The notes under the pieces: generated by a model
Databases searched by the model: none
What the model saw: the letters and a program-made list of their open reading frames with translations, nothing else
What the model was told of the DNA's origin: nothing
DNA from: Myxococcota bacterium
GTDB lineage: Bacteria > Myxococcota_A > UBA796 > CAJQPC01
Assembly: GCA_036229005.1 (NCBI GenBank)
Contig: JAZAMN010000049.1
Span: forward strand, 86,447 to 150,446
Length of the DNA: 64,000 bases
Reading direction: 5' to 3'
Made by a program: the position numbers and the translations under genes
Shown: positions 1-10,500 of the stretch, piece by piece
Position numbering within the stretch: position 1 is the stretch's first letter
Layout: every line of letters starts with the position of its first letter

Positions 1-1510
1 TCACGATGAGCTGGTTGGAGCGGGAGTCGATCTCCACGCTGCCCCGGGTGCTCAGCATGGACTCGACCTGACCGGTGACCTCGCCGGCCTGGGCGTAGTT
101 CAGGGGCACCACCAGGACCTTGAGGGGCGTCAGATCCTCCCGGGCCTTCTGGGCCTCGAGGGCGGCCTGCTGCTCGGCCTTGATGACCTCGATCGGCGCG
201 ACGCGGACGATGTTCCCGAAGCGCTGCGCGCCCAGGGACTTGGACTGGAGGATGGCCGCGAAGGCCTGGTCCCAGGGGACGTCCTCCAGGGTCATGGTCA
301 CGGTGCCCTGGACGTCATCGCCGGCGACGATGTTGAGGCCGGAGACGTGGTGGATCAGGCGGAAGACGGAGTGGATGTCCGCCTCGACCAGGTCCAGGTT
401 GATGCGCCGGCCGTTGTACATGGACGCCGACGCGCTGGTCGAGTCGAACATGAAGCCGTTCGAGGTGCCCTGGAAGGCCCCAGGCGCGCTGGAGCCCCCG
501 CCGCTGCCCCACACCTGCGAGGGGTTGGCGGTCTGGCCGCTCTCGCCGATGAGGGTCTCGGAGGTCGAGTAGCCAGTGACGCCCTGATCGCCGGTCTGGC
601 CGGGGGTCGCGGGGCTGACGCTCAGGCCGGACTGCATGGCGAGCGCCCGGTCCTGCTGCATCTCGGCGGGGATCGCGACGTCCAGGTAGACCAGGTTGTC
701 CGGGCCGTTGGAGACGGTCCAGTCAGCGCTCGAGGTGTTCAGGCTGATGGCCACGCGCACCATGCCCGCGCGGGGGGAGTACGCGCGCACCATCTGCACG
801 GGGGAGATGAACTGAGAGGTGTCCAGCACCCGCCCCAGCGAGGACGGCAAGCGCGCGCTGGGGAAGTCGACGACCAGCAGGTTGGGCTCGGGCTGGCTGG
901 TGGTGTAGTCCATGCCAGGAGCGGTGCCGATGACCACGCGGGCCATGGTGTCGGTGTGCTCGTAGTCCAGGGAGCGGAGCGCGTTGCTCTGGGCGTCGAT
1001 GGGGCCGGAGACCGCGCCGGGGGCCTGCCCGCGGTTGAGGTCGTCGTCCAGGGAGCTGTCGCTGCTGGAGGAGGCGAGGAGCGGATCCACGCTGTCCGAC
1101 GCGATGGGGGTCAACCGAACCGCCACGTCGCCGCCGACCATCTCGACGAACACGTCCACCTGCGAGGCCTGGGTGTTCAGCGCGATGATCGCCTTGACGC
1201 CGTCCGCGCCGAAGGCCTCGAAGGAGACGCCCTGCACGAGGCCGCTGCCAGAGACCGGCGCGAGGCTCTGCATGGAGACGCCGGTGATCTCGACGACGAC
1301 CTTGTTCCCATCCTTGAAGTGGGAGTGGGTCGCGGCGTCGAGGTCCTCCTCGAAGCTCACCAGGACCTCGCTGGCGTCACCGCTGACCGAGATCTCGGCG
1401 GCGCTCAGGTTGGGAGCCTGTTGGGCGAGCAGAGGGGTCGCCAGCAGCGCGAGGGTGCTGAGGGTTGCCCCGAGGGCCAAGCGGTTGGCGGTTCTGCGGA
1501 ATGCGGACAT
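1..1510 (-). CDS. pilQ: Type IV pilus secretin PilQ (C-terminal part runs off the window edge)
   Basis: Not in the ORF track because there is no stop in the window. Manual translation from ATG 1510 gives MSAFRRTANRLALGATLSTLALLA... (signal peptide), then YNGRRINLDLVEADIHSVFRLI..VSGLNIVAGDDVQGTVTMTLEDVPWDQAF and RGSVEIDSRSNQLIV, which are typical secretin N0/N1 segments. It follows pilMNOP. Confidence 0.95.
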   Translation of the reverse strand, partial: MSAFRRTANRLALGATLSTLALLATPLLAQQAPNLSAAEISVSGDASEVLVSFEEDLDAATHSHFKDGNKVVVEITGVSMQSLAPVSGSGLVQGVSFEAFGADGVKAIIALNTQASQVDVFVEMVGGDVAVRLTPIASDSVDPLLASSSSDSSLDDDLNRGQAPGAVSGPIDAQSNALRSLDYEHTDTMARVVIGTAPGMDYTTSQPEPNLLVVDFPSARLPSSLGRVLDTSQFISPVQMVRAYSPRAGMVRVAISLNTSSADWTVSNGPDNLVYLDVAIPAEMQQDRALAMQSGLSVSPATPGQTGDQGVTGYSTSETLIGESGQTANPSQVWGSGGGSSAPGAFQGTSNGFMFDSTSASASMYNGRRINLDLVEADIHSVFRLIHHVSGLNIVAGDDVQGTVTMTLEDVPWDQAFAAILQSKSLGAQRFGNIVRVAPIEVIKAEQQAALEAQKAREDLTPLKVLVVPLNYAQAGEVTGQVESMLSTRGSVEIDSRSNQLIV

Positions 1511-1532
1511 GGGTGCTCCACGCGGGCTTTTG

Positions 1533-2063
1533 CTAGAGCTCGAGCTCGTCGACCGGAAGGTCCAGGGTCAGCTGGTTGGTCACCAGCTCCCCGTCGATGT
1601 TCTGGAACTCCTCGGTGATGACCACCGAGGTGCTGGTGATGGCGGTGACCTTGCCCCAGTTCTTGCCGATGTAGGTGCCGTTCTGGACGACGTGCCCGGT
1701 GCCTTCCGGGTCCTCCAGCATGGCCTTGGGCTGGCTCACACCCCAGACGATCGCGGTCACGACGTACTGGTCGACCTCGAAGCGCTGGAGCGGGGTGGGG
1801 TTGGTGATGCCCCCATCGTCGGCGCCCTGGAAGAAGCTGCGGAAGGGATCCCGCTTGCCGATGGGGTTGTAGGTGTACGCGGGGGCGTCCATGTCCGCGA
1901 GGGGGTCCGCCCCGCCGGCATCCGCGCCACCACCGACCGCGTTTCCTGCAGCCCGCCGAGGTCCGGGGGGCTGGGGCGCGGTGATGTTGCCTCCGGAGCC
2001 GGAGCTGTCGGACTCGCAGGCGATGAGGCCCAGGAGCAGGGAGAGGGAGATCAGGGTTCGCAT
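1533..2063 (-). CDS. pilP: Type IV pilus assembly lipoprotein PilP
   Basis: Lipobox LIAC; motifs YTYNPIGKRDPF, PLQRFEVDQY and GTYIGKNWGKV; position between pilO and pilQ. Confidence 0.93.
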   Translation of the reverse strand: MRTLISLSLLLGLIACESDSSGSGGNITAPQPPGPRRAAGNAVGGGADAGGADPLADMDAPAYTYNPIGKRDPFRSFFQGADDGGITNPTPLQRFEVDQYVVTAIVWGVSQPKAMLEDPEGTGHVVQNGTYIGKNWGKVTAITSTSVVITEEFQNIDGELVTNQLTLDLPVDELEL

Positions 2064-2695
2064 CAGCCGCTCCCCTCCTTGCCGCCCTTGCCCTTCTGCC
2101 CGCTCTGGCGAGCGATCTCGTCGTCGGAGAGGAAGCGGAAGGTGACGGCGGTACCGGTGACCTTGACGTAGACCTTCCCGCCGCGCTCGTCCGGGTCGGC
2201 GAGCTCGACGTTCTGGACGTAGACAATGCGGTCCAGCTTGGCGAGGCGGTCGAAGAACATCGCCACCTCGTGGAAGGACCCGTAGACCTCGAGCTCGACG
2301 GGGACCTCCGCGTAGTACTGGCGGGGGACCTCGGCCATGGTCTTGAACTTGCGAATCTCCAGGCCGCTGCGGCGTCCCTCGTTGGAGATGCGGCGCACGA
2401 GCTCCGGGATCTCCTTCTGGTCGGGGAGCTGACGCAGGGCCTGGCTGAGCTCGTTGTTGAGCTCGAGCAGCTCGGCCTCGAAGGCGTCGCGGTTCTCCGC
2501 GCGAGCCTTGACCTTGGCCTTCTCATCCTCCAACTGGACCTGCCGGTCCTGGAGCTGGGCGATGTCGTCGCGCTTGGGCGAATAGAGCAGGAACCAGTAG
2601 CCGGCCAGGATGCCGATGATCAGCAGCGCGTAGAGCGCCAGACGCTGAGATCGCGGCGTGGCCGCCAGCTTGTCGAGGAGGTCGGTCGCGTTCAC
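2063..2695 (-). CDS. pilO: Type IV pilus assembly protein PilO
   Basis: N-terminal TM, coiled coil, LPDQKEIPELV, YYAEVPVELEVYGSFHEVAMFFDRLAKLDRIV; operon position. Confidence 0.93.
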   Translation of the reverse strand: MNATDLLDKLAATPRSQRLALYALLIIGILAGYWFLLYSPKRDDIAQLQDRQVQLEDEKAKVKARAENRDAFEAELLELNNELSQALRQLPDQKEIPELVRRISNEGRRSGLEIRKFKTMAEVPRQYYAEVPVELEVYGSFHEVAMFFDRLAKLDRIVYVQNVELADPDERGGKVYVKVTGTAVTFRFLSDDEIARQSGQKGKGGKEGSG

Positions 2696-3267
2696 AGGCC
2701 TTCCTCCTGCTGCTCGTCACTGAGGGCCGGCACGACCACGCGGGTGGTCGCGACGAAGCGCTTGAGCTTGTACCCGTCCTGGTCGACCTGATCGATCCCG
2801 TCGAGCTCGACGTCCTTGAACCACGCGGAGCGCTCCAGGTTGGTCAGGAACTGCGCGACGACCTCGTAGGAGACCGCCAGGCCGGACAGCTCGATGTTGC
2901 CGCCGCGCTCCTTGAGGCCCGTGATGGTGAGCTTCTCGGGGGTCGCGAGGCTGAGCTCATCCAGCATGTGGACGGGGCCTTCCTGGCCGGCCTTGAGGCG
3001 GCGGATGACGTCCAGCTTGCGGTTGTACTCTTCCTTCTTGCGCTCGAACTCGTCGACCTCGACCACGATGGCCTTGAGGTTGTCGATCTCCGTCTGGAGC
3101 TGCTGGTTCTCAGCGCTGAGGGTGGAGGCCTGGGAGCCCACCACAACATAGAGCCCGCCCAGCGCCAGCACCACGACACCCAGCGCGAGGCCGGCCAGAG
3201 CCAGCTCCTGCTTGACGGCGTCCAGGCGCGCGGTCGCGCGAACGGGGAGGAGGTTGATGCGAATCAT
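2692..3267 (-). CDS. pilN: Type IV pilus assembly protein PilN
   Basis: Hallmark N-terminal MIRINLLP motif, TM and coiled coil; overlaps the pilM stop. Confidence 0.95.
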   Translation of the reverse strand: MIRINLLPVRATARLDAVKQELALAGLALGVVVLALGGLYVVVGSQASTLSAENQQLQTEIDNLKAIVVEVDEFERKKEEYNRKLDVIRRLKAGQEGPVHMLDELSLATPEKLTITGLKERGGNIELSGLAVSYEVVAQFLTNLERSAWFKDVELDGIDQVDQDGYKLKRFVATTRVVVPALSDEQQEEGL

Positions 3268-4337
3268 TGGTCGCCGATCCTCCGCATCGCCAGTCCCACC
3301 GCGACGGCCGCCTGCAGCGACTTGTCGTGGAGGTAGCGAGGGCTGAACTCCCGCTCGTCGATGACGATCTTGCGGAAGGGGTCCACGATCTCGATGGGCG
3401 AGCCGGTCGCCGCCCCGATGGCCCGAGCCAGCCCCGGCGTGCGGGCCGCGCCGCCGCTCAGGTAGACCCGGGAGAGGGGCACTCCGGGGGTCGCGCTCAG
3501 GTGGAAGTCCAGGCTGCGGTGCACTTCCGTGGCCAGGGAGTCCGAGACCGAGGACAGGATGTTCTCGATCTCCTCCGGGATGACGGCGTCCTGGTCATCC
3601 TCGGAGCCACCGACCTTGAGCATCTCCGCCTCTTCGTAGGAGATCCCCAGGGCGCGCTGGATCTCCTCGGTGAACTGGCGGCCGCCCATCTGCACGTCGC
3701 GGGTGAACGCCGTCACGCCGTTGTGCAGGATGTTCAGGTTCACCGTGCTGGCGCCGATGTTGACCAGGGCGACCAGCTCCTTGGGCGCGTCGTAGTTCAT
3801 GCTGAACATGTTCTCGACCGCGAAGGCGTCCACATCCACGATGCGGGGCTTGAGCCCGGCCTCCTGGATCAGGGACTGGTACTCGCTGACCAGCTCCTTG
3901 CGCGCCGCGACGAGCAGCACCTCCATCTGGCCAGCCTCGTCGCCCTCGGCGTCCAGGATCTGGAAGGAGATGTTCACGTCGTTGATGTCAAAGGGGATGT
4001 ACTGCTCAGCTTCCCACTGGATGGACTCCTCCAGCTCCTCGAAGCTCATCTGGGGCAGGTTGATGCGCTTGATGATCACGCTGTGCCCGCTGATGGCAGC
4101 CGTCGTCTCCTTGGTCTTGATTTTGCAACGATCGACCAGCTCCCGGATAGCGTCTACGACGACATTCGGGTTCATGACAGCCCCATCCACGACGGCCTCG
4201 GGCGGGAGGTCCACCATGCCGAAGGTCTTGAGCCGCCAACTGCCGCCCTTCTTGTCCTGGTGGAGCTCCATGACCTTCACAGAGCTCGAGCCGATGTCGA
4301 GTCCGATGGTCTGGGTGCTCCGGGAGAAGAGGCCCAT
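3264..4337 (-). CDS. pilM: Type IV pilus assembly protein PilM (actin-like)
   Basis: IGLDIGSSSVK, IQWEAEQYIPFD, VNIGASTVN, LSGGAARTPGL and C-terminal AVAVGLAMR. Start moved to ATG 4337 (MGLFSRS). Confidence 0.96.
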   Translation of the reverse strand: MGLFSRSTQTIGLDIGSSSVKVMELHQDKKGGSWRLKTFGMVDLPPEAVVDGAVMNPNVVVDAIRELVDRCKIKTKETTAAISGHSVIIKRINLPQMSFEELEESIQWEAEQYIPFDINDVNISFQILDAEGDEAGQMEVLLVAARKELVSEYQSLIQEAGLKPRIVDVDAFAVENMFSMNYDAPKELVALVNIGASTVNLNILHNGVTAFTRDVQMGGRQFTEEIQRALGISYEEAEMLKVGGSEDDQDAVIPEEIENILSSVSDSLATEVHRSLDFHLSATPGVPLSRVYLSGGAARTPGLARAIGAATGSPIEIVDPFRKIVIDEREFSPRYLHDKSLQAAVAVGLAMRRIGDQ

Positions 4338-4495
4338 GAGATCTCCGGGTGGGTTCGCCGTCAGGGAAGGCGTCCGTTTTAGCACGGACAGAATCCTGAC
4401 GAGCGTAGCGCAGGACAGGGGTGAGGGGGGCTTGGGCAGACAGAGGTCTTGACGTGACAAGAGTACCAGATGCGGCGTCGAGCTATCCTCTGGCC

Positions 4496-7453
4496 GTGTC
4501 CACCCCACCGAATCCCGCCGCCAAGATCGCCACCTTCCTGCCCGCCGCCCTCCTCAGCGGGGTGGGCGCGCTCCTGGCCTGGCGCGCTCAGATCCTGGGC
4601 GCGAGCCCATGGCACCTGCAGACCCTCCCAGCGCTGCTCGGTGCGGGTGCGTTCGGGGCCGCGCTGCTACCGATTCGGGTGCCTCGCTGGGCTGTGATCT
4701 CTGCGGGAGCAGTGGGCGCGAGCCTGCTCCTGGCACACGCGTTCCTACCGCCAACAGCCGTGGCGCTCGGGACCCTGTTGAGCTTGTGGGCGCTGGCGAG
4801 GACAGGCTGCAGCGCACCCGCTCCCCACCCCGCGGCCTGGTTGCTCGCGCCGCTGGGGCTGGCCGCTGGGGCGCTGCTCCCAGCCGGCGGGCTGGTGCTG
4901 GGCGCCGGCGCGCTGCTCCTGAGCGCAGACGCGGCGCCCTCCCCTGCCCTGCCTCGGCGGGTCTGGATCGCTCTGCCCATGGCCCTGGGCGCAGGCGGCG
5001 CGCTGGCCGCAGCCCTGGGCGCGGCGCGGGCCCTGGATCCCACCCCTGCGAGCACCGCGCTCTTTCTGGGATCGGCGCTCCTCGCTGGCGCCATGGCGGC
5101 GCAGTTCACCCGAAAGCGGGACCCCCGGCCCTTGTGGTTGGCCACGATCGTCCTGGCCGCCTGGGTCCTCCTCCTCTCGCTCCCCTATCGCTTCCAGGTC
5201 TGGGTGGAGCCGCTGGCGGGCGCCCGGGACCCCAGGTGGATCCTCGCGGGGCTCGTGGCAGCTCCAGGCGCGGTGCTGGGTCTGGGGGCCGGTGCGGCGA
5301 TGGGCCCGCTGCAGCGCCACCCGGGGGGCTCGGCACTGGGGGTTGGGGCGCTCGCGCTCGGCCTGGGCTTGGGCAGCCTGATCCCGGAGCAGCTCCCCGG
5401 TGTGCTGGTGGGCGTGGGGGGCCTCGCTGTCCTCGCTGGGGTCCTGATGCCCGCCCCTGTGAGCCTGCGGGTGGCGGCTCCGGTGGTGGGCACGGGGCTC
5501 TTGTTGGTCTGGTTCCTCCTCCCCTGGAATCCCGCGGACTGGACGCGCTTGGGGGTGGATCACCTGCGCGACAGCCCGGGGCCTGAGCGAGAGCACGCCC
5601 GGATGGAGAAGGGCCAGGTGGGCGCGCAGGGCTGGGATCCGAACGGCGCCTGGGCGCTGGAGGTCGAGGACGGGGCCCCCACGCGGCTGGTGGTGGAGGG
5701 GGCGCGGATCCCCCGGGGCGGGCGAGGGGCGGACACCCGGCTGCTCATGCCGCACCTGGCGGCTGGGCTGGCTCGGCGGGCGGACAGCGCAGTGGTGCTG
5801 GGGGAGAGCTTTGGAGAGCTGAGCGCGGGGCTGCTGGCGCAGGAGTGCTCCAGGGTGGTGGTCGCGGTGCCGCAGCCGCTCCGTACGCGCGCTGTGGCTG
5901 GTGAGCTCCCGGGGGTGGAGAGCGCCTGGCTGCATCCAGCGCTTCGGCTCGAGCGAGGGAGCGCGGAGGAGGTGCTGCGGGCACAGGACCCGGTGGATGT
6001 GATCGTGGAGGTGGCGGAGCGCCCGTGGAGAGACGCGGCTGGTGGCCTCCCGACCCCTGCGGGCCTGCGGCTTCGGCGGCAGCACCTGACCGAAGGGGGG
6101 GTGTACCTGCTGAGCGTTCCGGTGACCTGGATGACGGAGCCCGAGCTGCGGGGACTGCTCGGGGAGTTCGCGGAGCACTTTGAAGCCAGCCGGGCCTTCC
6201 TGCCGGCCCAAGGCGCCGACCAACTGATCGTGGCCGGGTTCGCGGACGGGGCGCCGCGGAGCTGGGATCGGATGGTGGAGGCCAGCGTCCGGGGCGGGGC
6301 GCTGCTCGGGACCCTGGACATCCAGTCCCCGGTAGACCTGGCGGACCGCAGCCTCGCTTCGGCGGAGGCCCTGGCCACGGGTGGAACGCCGCCCTCCCGC
6401 CTGCATCTGGGCGCCACGCTGCATCGGAAGCCGTCGATGCTGCTGCCGCTGTTCGCGGAGCACCTGGACGGCAGCGACTGGCTGGACACCCGCTCTCAAG
6501 CGCAGGCGGCAGAGGCCCTGGACGCCCGGCAGGAGACCAACAAGGTGTTCCTCGAGTGCTTGGACTCTGCGGCCCGAGGGGAGCTGCAGGACTCCTTTCA
6601 GAGCTGCCGCTCGCTGTCCCGTTCGGAGGGGGGTGAGCAGCGGCTGGATCCCTTGATCGGCCCCCAGCTTGAGCGCGGACGCAAGGCCGCAGCAGCGGGT
6701 GACGGGCAGGCCTGCATGGCGCAGGTGGAGCAAGCCCGCCTGATCAACCCCCGGAGTGCGGAGACCTACGCACTCGCTGGGCGCTGCCGCATGATCCTGG
6801 GGGACCCCCGGAGCGCGCGCGAGGAGTTCGACAAGGCGCTGGAGCTGGACGCCGGCAACCTGGACGCGCTGCTGGGCCTGGCGCAGCTCTCCGTCCGGCG
6901 CGGAGAGGACCGTGCGGCGCTCGACCTGATGGCGCAGGCGGCCCACCGGAACCCTCGGAGCTGGCGGCCCCCCTACTACCGCGGGATGTTGCTGATGGAC
7001 CTGGGTGAGTTGGAGGATGCCGAGGCGCAGCTCGCGAACGCTCGGGGCCTGGCCGGAGACCAGAGCACGGCACCACTCGCCGCGCTGGCACACCTGGCGC
7101 TGCTGCAGGGGCAGGCGCAGCAAGCCCTCCCCCAAGCCCGCCTGGCTGCAGACCGCGAGCCGAACGCCCGCAACCTGCACCTGGTGGGCTGGGCCTATCT
7201 GGAGCTGGGGAGCCCCGACGCGGCGCGGCCTTTCCTGGAGCGCGCGATCCTGGCAGACCCGGAGTTTCTCCCGGCCCACGGCGACCTGGGCCGGGTGCTG
7301 GCGGCGCAGGGGCAGTACGGTATGGCGGTGCAGTCCTTTGACCGGGTGCTGGCCCTGGAGCCGAGCAACGCCGGCGCGATCCTGAACCGGCAGCGGGCGA
7401 TCGCCCTGCTGGAGCAGGAGCAGCAACAGGCCGGAGCCCCCACCGCGCAGTAG
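4496..7453 (+). CDS. Multi-pass membrane protein fused to a degenerate spermidine-synthase/SAM-methyltransferase-like domain and C-terminal TPRs
   Basis: About 370 aa of hydrophobic TM segments, then DTRLLMPHL..AVVLGESFG..DVIVEVAERPW..HLTEGGVYL (resembles fused MFS/spermidine synthase proteins), then TPR-like helices. Start GTG 4496 is inferred from a TATCCT box 6 nt upstream; the ORF track starts at 4421. Confidence 0.65.
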   Translation: MSTPPNPAAKIATFLPAALLSGVGALLAWRAQILGASPWHLQTLPALLGAGAFGAALLPIRVPRWAVISAGAVGASLLLAHAFLPPTAVALGTLLSLWALARTGCSAPAPHPAAWLLAPLGLAAGALLPAGGLVLGAGALLLSADAAPSPALPRRVWIALPMALGAGGALAAALGAARALDPTPASTALFLGSALLAGAMAAQFTRKRDPRPLWLATIVLAAWVLLLSLPYRFQVWVEPLAGARDPRWILAGLVAAPGAVLGLGAGAAMGPLQRHPGGSALGVGALALGLGLGSLIPEQLPGVLVGVGGLAVLAGVLMPAPVSLRVAAPVVGTGLLLVWFLLPWNPADWTRLGVDHLRDSPGPEREHARMEKGQVGAQGWDPNGAWALEVEDGAPTRLVVEGARIPRGGRGADTRLLMPHLAAGLARRADSAVVLGESFGELSAGLLAQECSRVVVAVPQPLRTRAVAGELPGVESAWLHPALRLERGSAEEVLRAQDPVDVIVEVAERPWRDAAGGLPTPAGLRLRRQHLTEGGVYLLSVPVTWMTEPELRGLLGEFAEHFEASRAFLPAQGADQLIVAGFADGAPRSWDRMVEASVRGGALLGTLDIQSPVDLADRSLASAEALATGGTPPSRLHLGATLHRKPSMLLPLFAEHLDGSDWLDTRSQAQAAEALDARQETNKVFLECLDSAARGELQDSFQSCRSLSRSEGGEQRLDPLIGPQLERGRKAAAAGDGQACMAQVEQARLINPRSAETYALAGRCRMILGDPRSAREEFDKALELDAGNLDALLGLAQLSVRRGEDRAALDLMAQAAHRNPRSWRPPYYRGMLLMDLGELEDAEAQLANARGLAGDQSTAPLAALAHLALLQGQAQQALPQARLAADREPNARNLHLVGWAYLELGSPDAARPFLERAILADPEFLPAHGDLGRVLAAQGQYGMAVQSFDRVLALEPSNAGAILNRQRAIALLEQEQQQAGAPTAQ

Positions 7454-7558
7454 GCCCAACGCGCACCGAGAAGGAGCTCGCAGCGCAAAGGAGCCCCCAG
7501 CGCTCAAGTCGCAGCGCACGCCCAGGCCCCCGAAGCGGGAGGGGCCGGGGCGCCCCGC

Positions 7559-10500
7559 TCAGAAGACCTCGCGCAGGCCCATGGTCCGGGTGGACAGGTA
7601 GGGGTCCGAGGTGACGTTCATCTCGCCGACCGTGCTGCTGTTGGTCGTGGGCTCGGAGGTCCCGTAGTAGATGCCGTGCTCGCCGATCGCGACGGAGCTG
7701 GGGTAGCCGTCCACGGTCAGGGAGTCGGAGTCCGCGACGCCATCACCGTCGGTGTCGACGTTGCCGCTGCAGTCCTCGAAGTCCAGGCCGTAGATGCGAC
7801 CCGTGCCGTCGGAGCAGCGGTCGGAGGCGGGCTCGTAGGTCGGGAAGTAGACCGTTCCGGCGTAGATCACGGGATCACCGGTGAGGCCCTCGCCGGCGTT
7901 CAGGGTGTAGGCCCCGCCCGTCCCGCAGTCCGTGATGGCGGTCGCGGAGGCGCAGGTCAGCGGGGTCTCGTCCTTGACCGCGAAGAAGTAGCCGTAGTCG
8001 GTGCTGTCCCGGTCATAGGGCGTGCCCGAGCCCCAGTAGACGCCCAGGGAGCCGTCGCCATGCCAGGAGGTCGTGGGGGCGTAGTAGACCTCGGGGCGCT
8101 CGCCCACCGTGTCCAGCGGGTCGTAGAACTCACACCAGGTGGGGTCGTCCAGGTCCGAGGTGTCGATGATGGCCTTGTACAGCCAAGTGTACCCGGGGTC
8201 GGCCATGTCGTTGAGGCCGGCGAGGCCGTCACCGTCGGGGTCACCCATGTCCGCGGGCTCGTAGGAGGAGGACACGGGGAAGTAGACGACGTCCACGTCA
8301 CCGTCGGAGTCCACGTCCACCGCAGCCACGGAGCCCGAGATGTAGCCGAACTCGTCGTTGCCATCGAGGTCGGCGTCGAGGGCGCTGAGGATGGAGCCCT
8401 CGGGGTGGCCGTTGGAGCCCTCCTCGGACAGACCGACGCTGCTGCTTCCCCAGTAGTCGTCCCCGATGGCCCAGAGGTAGAGGTTGGGCTCGGTGTAGTC
8501 TTCCGTGTCGCCCGTGACACCCAGCGGGACCTGGCGACCACCACCCCACATGGCCACCCAGGTGTCCTTGGGGTCGGCGGAGTCCTCGTTGTTGTAGAGG
8601 TTGGCGATGACCGGCGTGGAGACCGTGTAGCCCATCGCCGCGACGTCGCTGTCGTTGGTCTGCTCCCAAAGGAACTTGGGGTGCTGGGTGTCGGTGATGT
8701 CCAGCGCCAGCGTGACCGGGCCGCCCTTGCCCTGCTGGACGACCAGCACGCGCTTCCACTCGCCGCCGTCCATGGCCTTGGCGCCGTCGGGGCTGCTGCC
8801 GTCGCTGCCGTCGATCCAGACGTCTTCCACCACCGGTGAGCCGTCGAACAGGAAGGTGCGGCCGTACCACATCATGTCGATGAGGTTGCCCGACCACTCC
8901 TCGTCCTTCTCGGCGTAGAGGGTGTTCGCGGGGATCCAGGCCCAGAGCTCCTCGCCTTCCTCGTTGCAGTCCCAGGAGAGGGAGCCGGTCGGAGAGCAGG
9001 AGGTGGTGGAGTCGTCCTTGAGGCGGAATGCGTGCAGCATTCCGTCGTTGGCCGCCACGAAGACCGCCTCGGGCACGTCATCGGAGACAAGGTCCTCCAG
9101 GAAGTTCCGGTAGGTGGGATCGATCGCGTAGACGTTGTTGCGAGGCTGCACGACCACGGGGCGGCTGTGGGGGGAGTCGCCCAGCTTCCAGTAGCCGTGG
9201 GTCTCGTCCAGGTAGCGGTACTCGGCGGTGGGGAGACCACGCGTGAAGTCGACAAGGGCCTGGAGGTCGTCGGTGTCCACCGTGCAGTCGGTGTCGTAGC
9301 CGTCCAGGTTGTAGGCCTGGTTGTCCGGGCACCCGTCCGCGTCCAGGTCGTCGGTGAGCAGGAAGTGGTCCAGGAAGCTGGGATCCGAGCCGGACATGAT
9401 GGTGTCCACCGAGTCCACGAACTCAAGGTCGAAGCCCATGCGGTGGTAGGTGTTGGCCTCGGAGTACAGCGAGGTGCTGGAGTGGCTCATGAACTCCGGC
9501 ACGAAGGTGTAGATGTCGCGCTGGCCCAGACCGTCGCGGTCATCGGGGTTGGACTCGGAGGCGACGACCGGGCGGGAGACCAGCAGGTCGCCGGCGTCCC
9601 AGACCGCCCCACCGAACTGGGTCTTGGAGCTGTCGTACTCCACCGCGCCGTAGGTGGTGGACGTGGGGTCGGTGTCGATGGTGTAGGCCCGGACGTGGCC
9701 CTCGGCCAAGGGGTTGTCGCCGGTGATCTCGTAGAAGGAGAAGATGATGTACTCGCCGTCCGCGCTGACCACCGGGGCGGAGCGGCTGTAGTAGCCCTGG
9801 CGGATGTACCCCATGATGGTCATCACGCCGGAGATGATCTCCTCGCCGGAGTCCGCGACCGTGTAGACGCCCTCCCCGCCCGTCTCGTTCATCGCGTTGC
9901 CGTACAGGTTCTCCGCGACGCTGGCGCCGTCGATCTTCACGCCGACGGTGTGGACGGTCACCGACTGGTCCCCGCTCAGGTCACTGCGGGCGTCGCCGTT
10001 GAACATGTAGTGCGCCGTGTTGTCGTACAGGCAGTCCTGGTCCGTGCCCGATGTGATGCCCGCGCTGTAGGTGCACTTGATGTCGGTGCCCAGGCTGGAG
10101 CCGCTGGACTTGTTGCTGGCGTTCTTGTCGTCCCGCGGCAGGTCCGCGGTGATGACGATGATGTGGGTCTCCTGGCAGGCCCAGGTGATGGCCGCGTCGC
10201 AGAAGTCCGTGCTGGCGTCCACGAAGGAGTCGGACAGGTAGCCAGGGCAGCTCCCCGAACCGGTGCGCTGGAGGTAGTCCCAAGAGGTCGACAGGACCTC
10301 GGCCAGGTTGCGCGTGGTGGTGCCGGTCTGGGCGCTGGCGCCCCAAGAGGTCGTGGTGGTGCCGCCCGCGTGGATCCCGGAGACGCTGGCGAAGTTGTCC
10401 AGGGCGGTGGAGATCTGCGAGTGGGTGGAGCCCAAGGGGGCGATGGGCACGAAGTAGTTGTCGTTGTGCCGGTCCGTGGTCCCCACCACCCCGAAGTAGG

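Noticed and set aside
347..1618. Plus-strand 423-aa ORF, and the 395-aa ORF at 984-2171
   Set aside because: Antisense to pilQ/pilP; the real gene is the minus-strand secretin frame that the ORF track missed because it runs off the window edge
7454..7558. Degenerate GGAGC...CAGCGC repeats and a GC hairpin between convergent genes
   Set aside because: Short, irregular units with no constant spacer, so not a CRISPR array; at most a weak terminator or REP-like remnant
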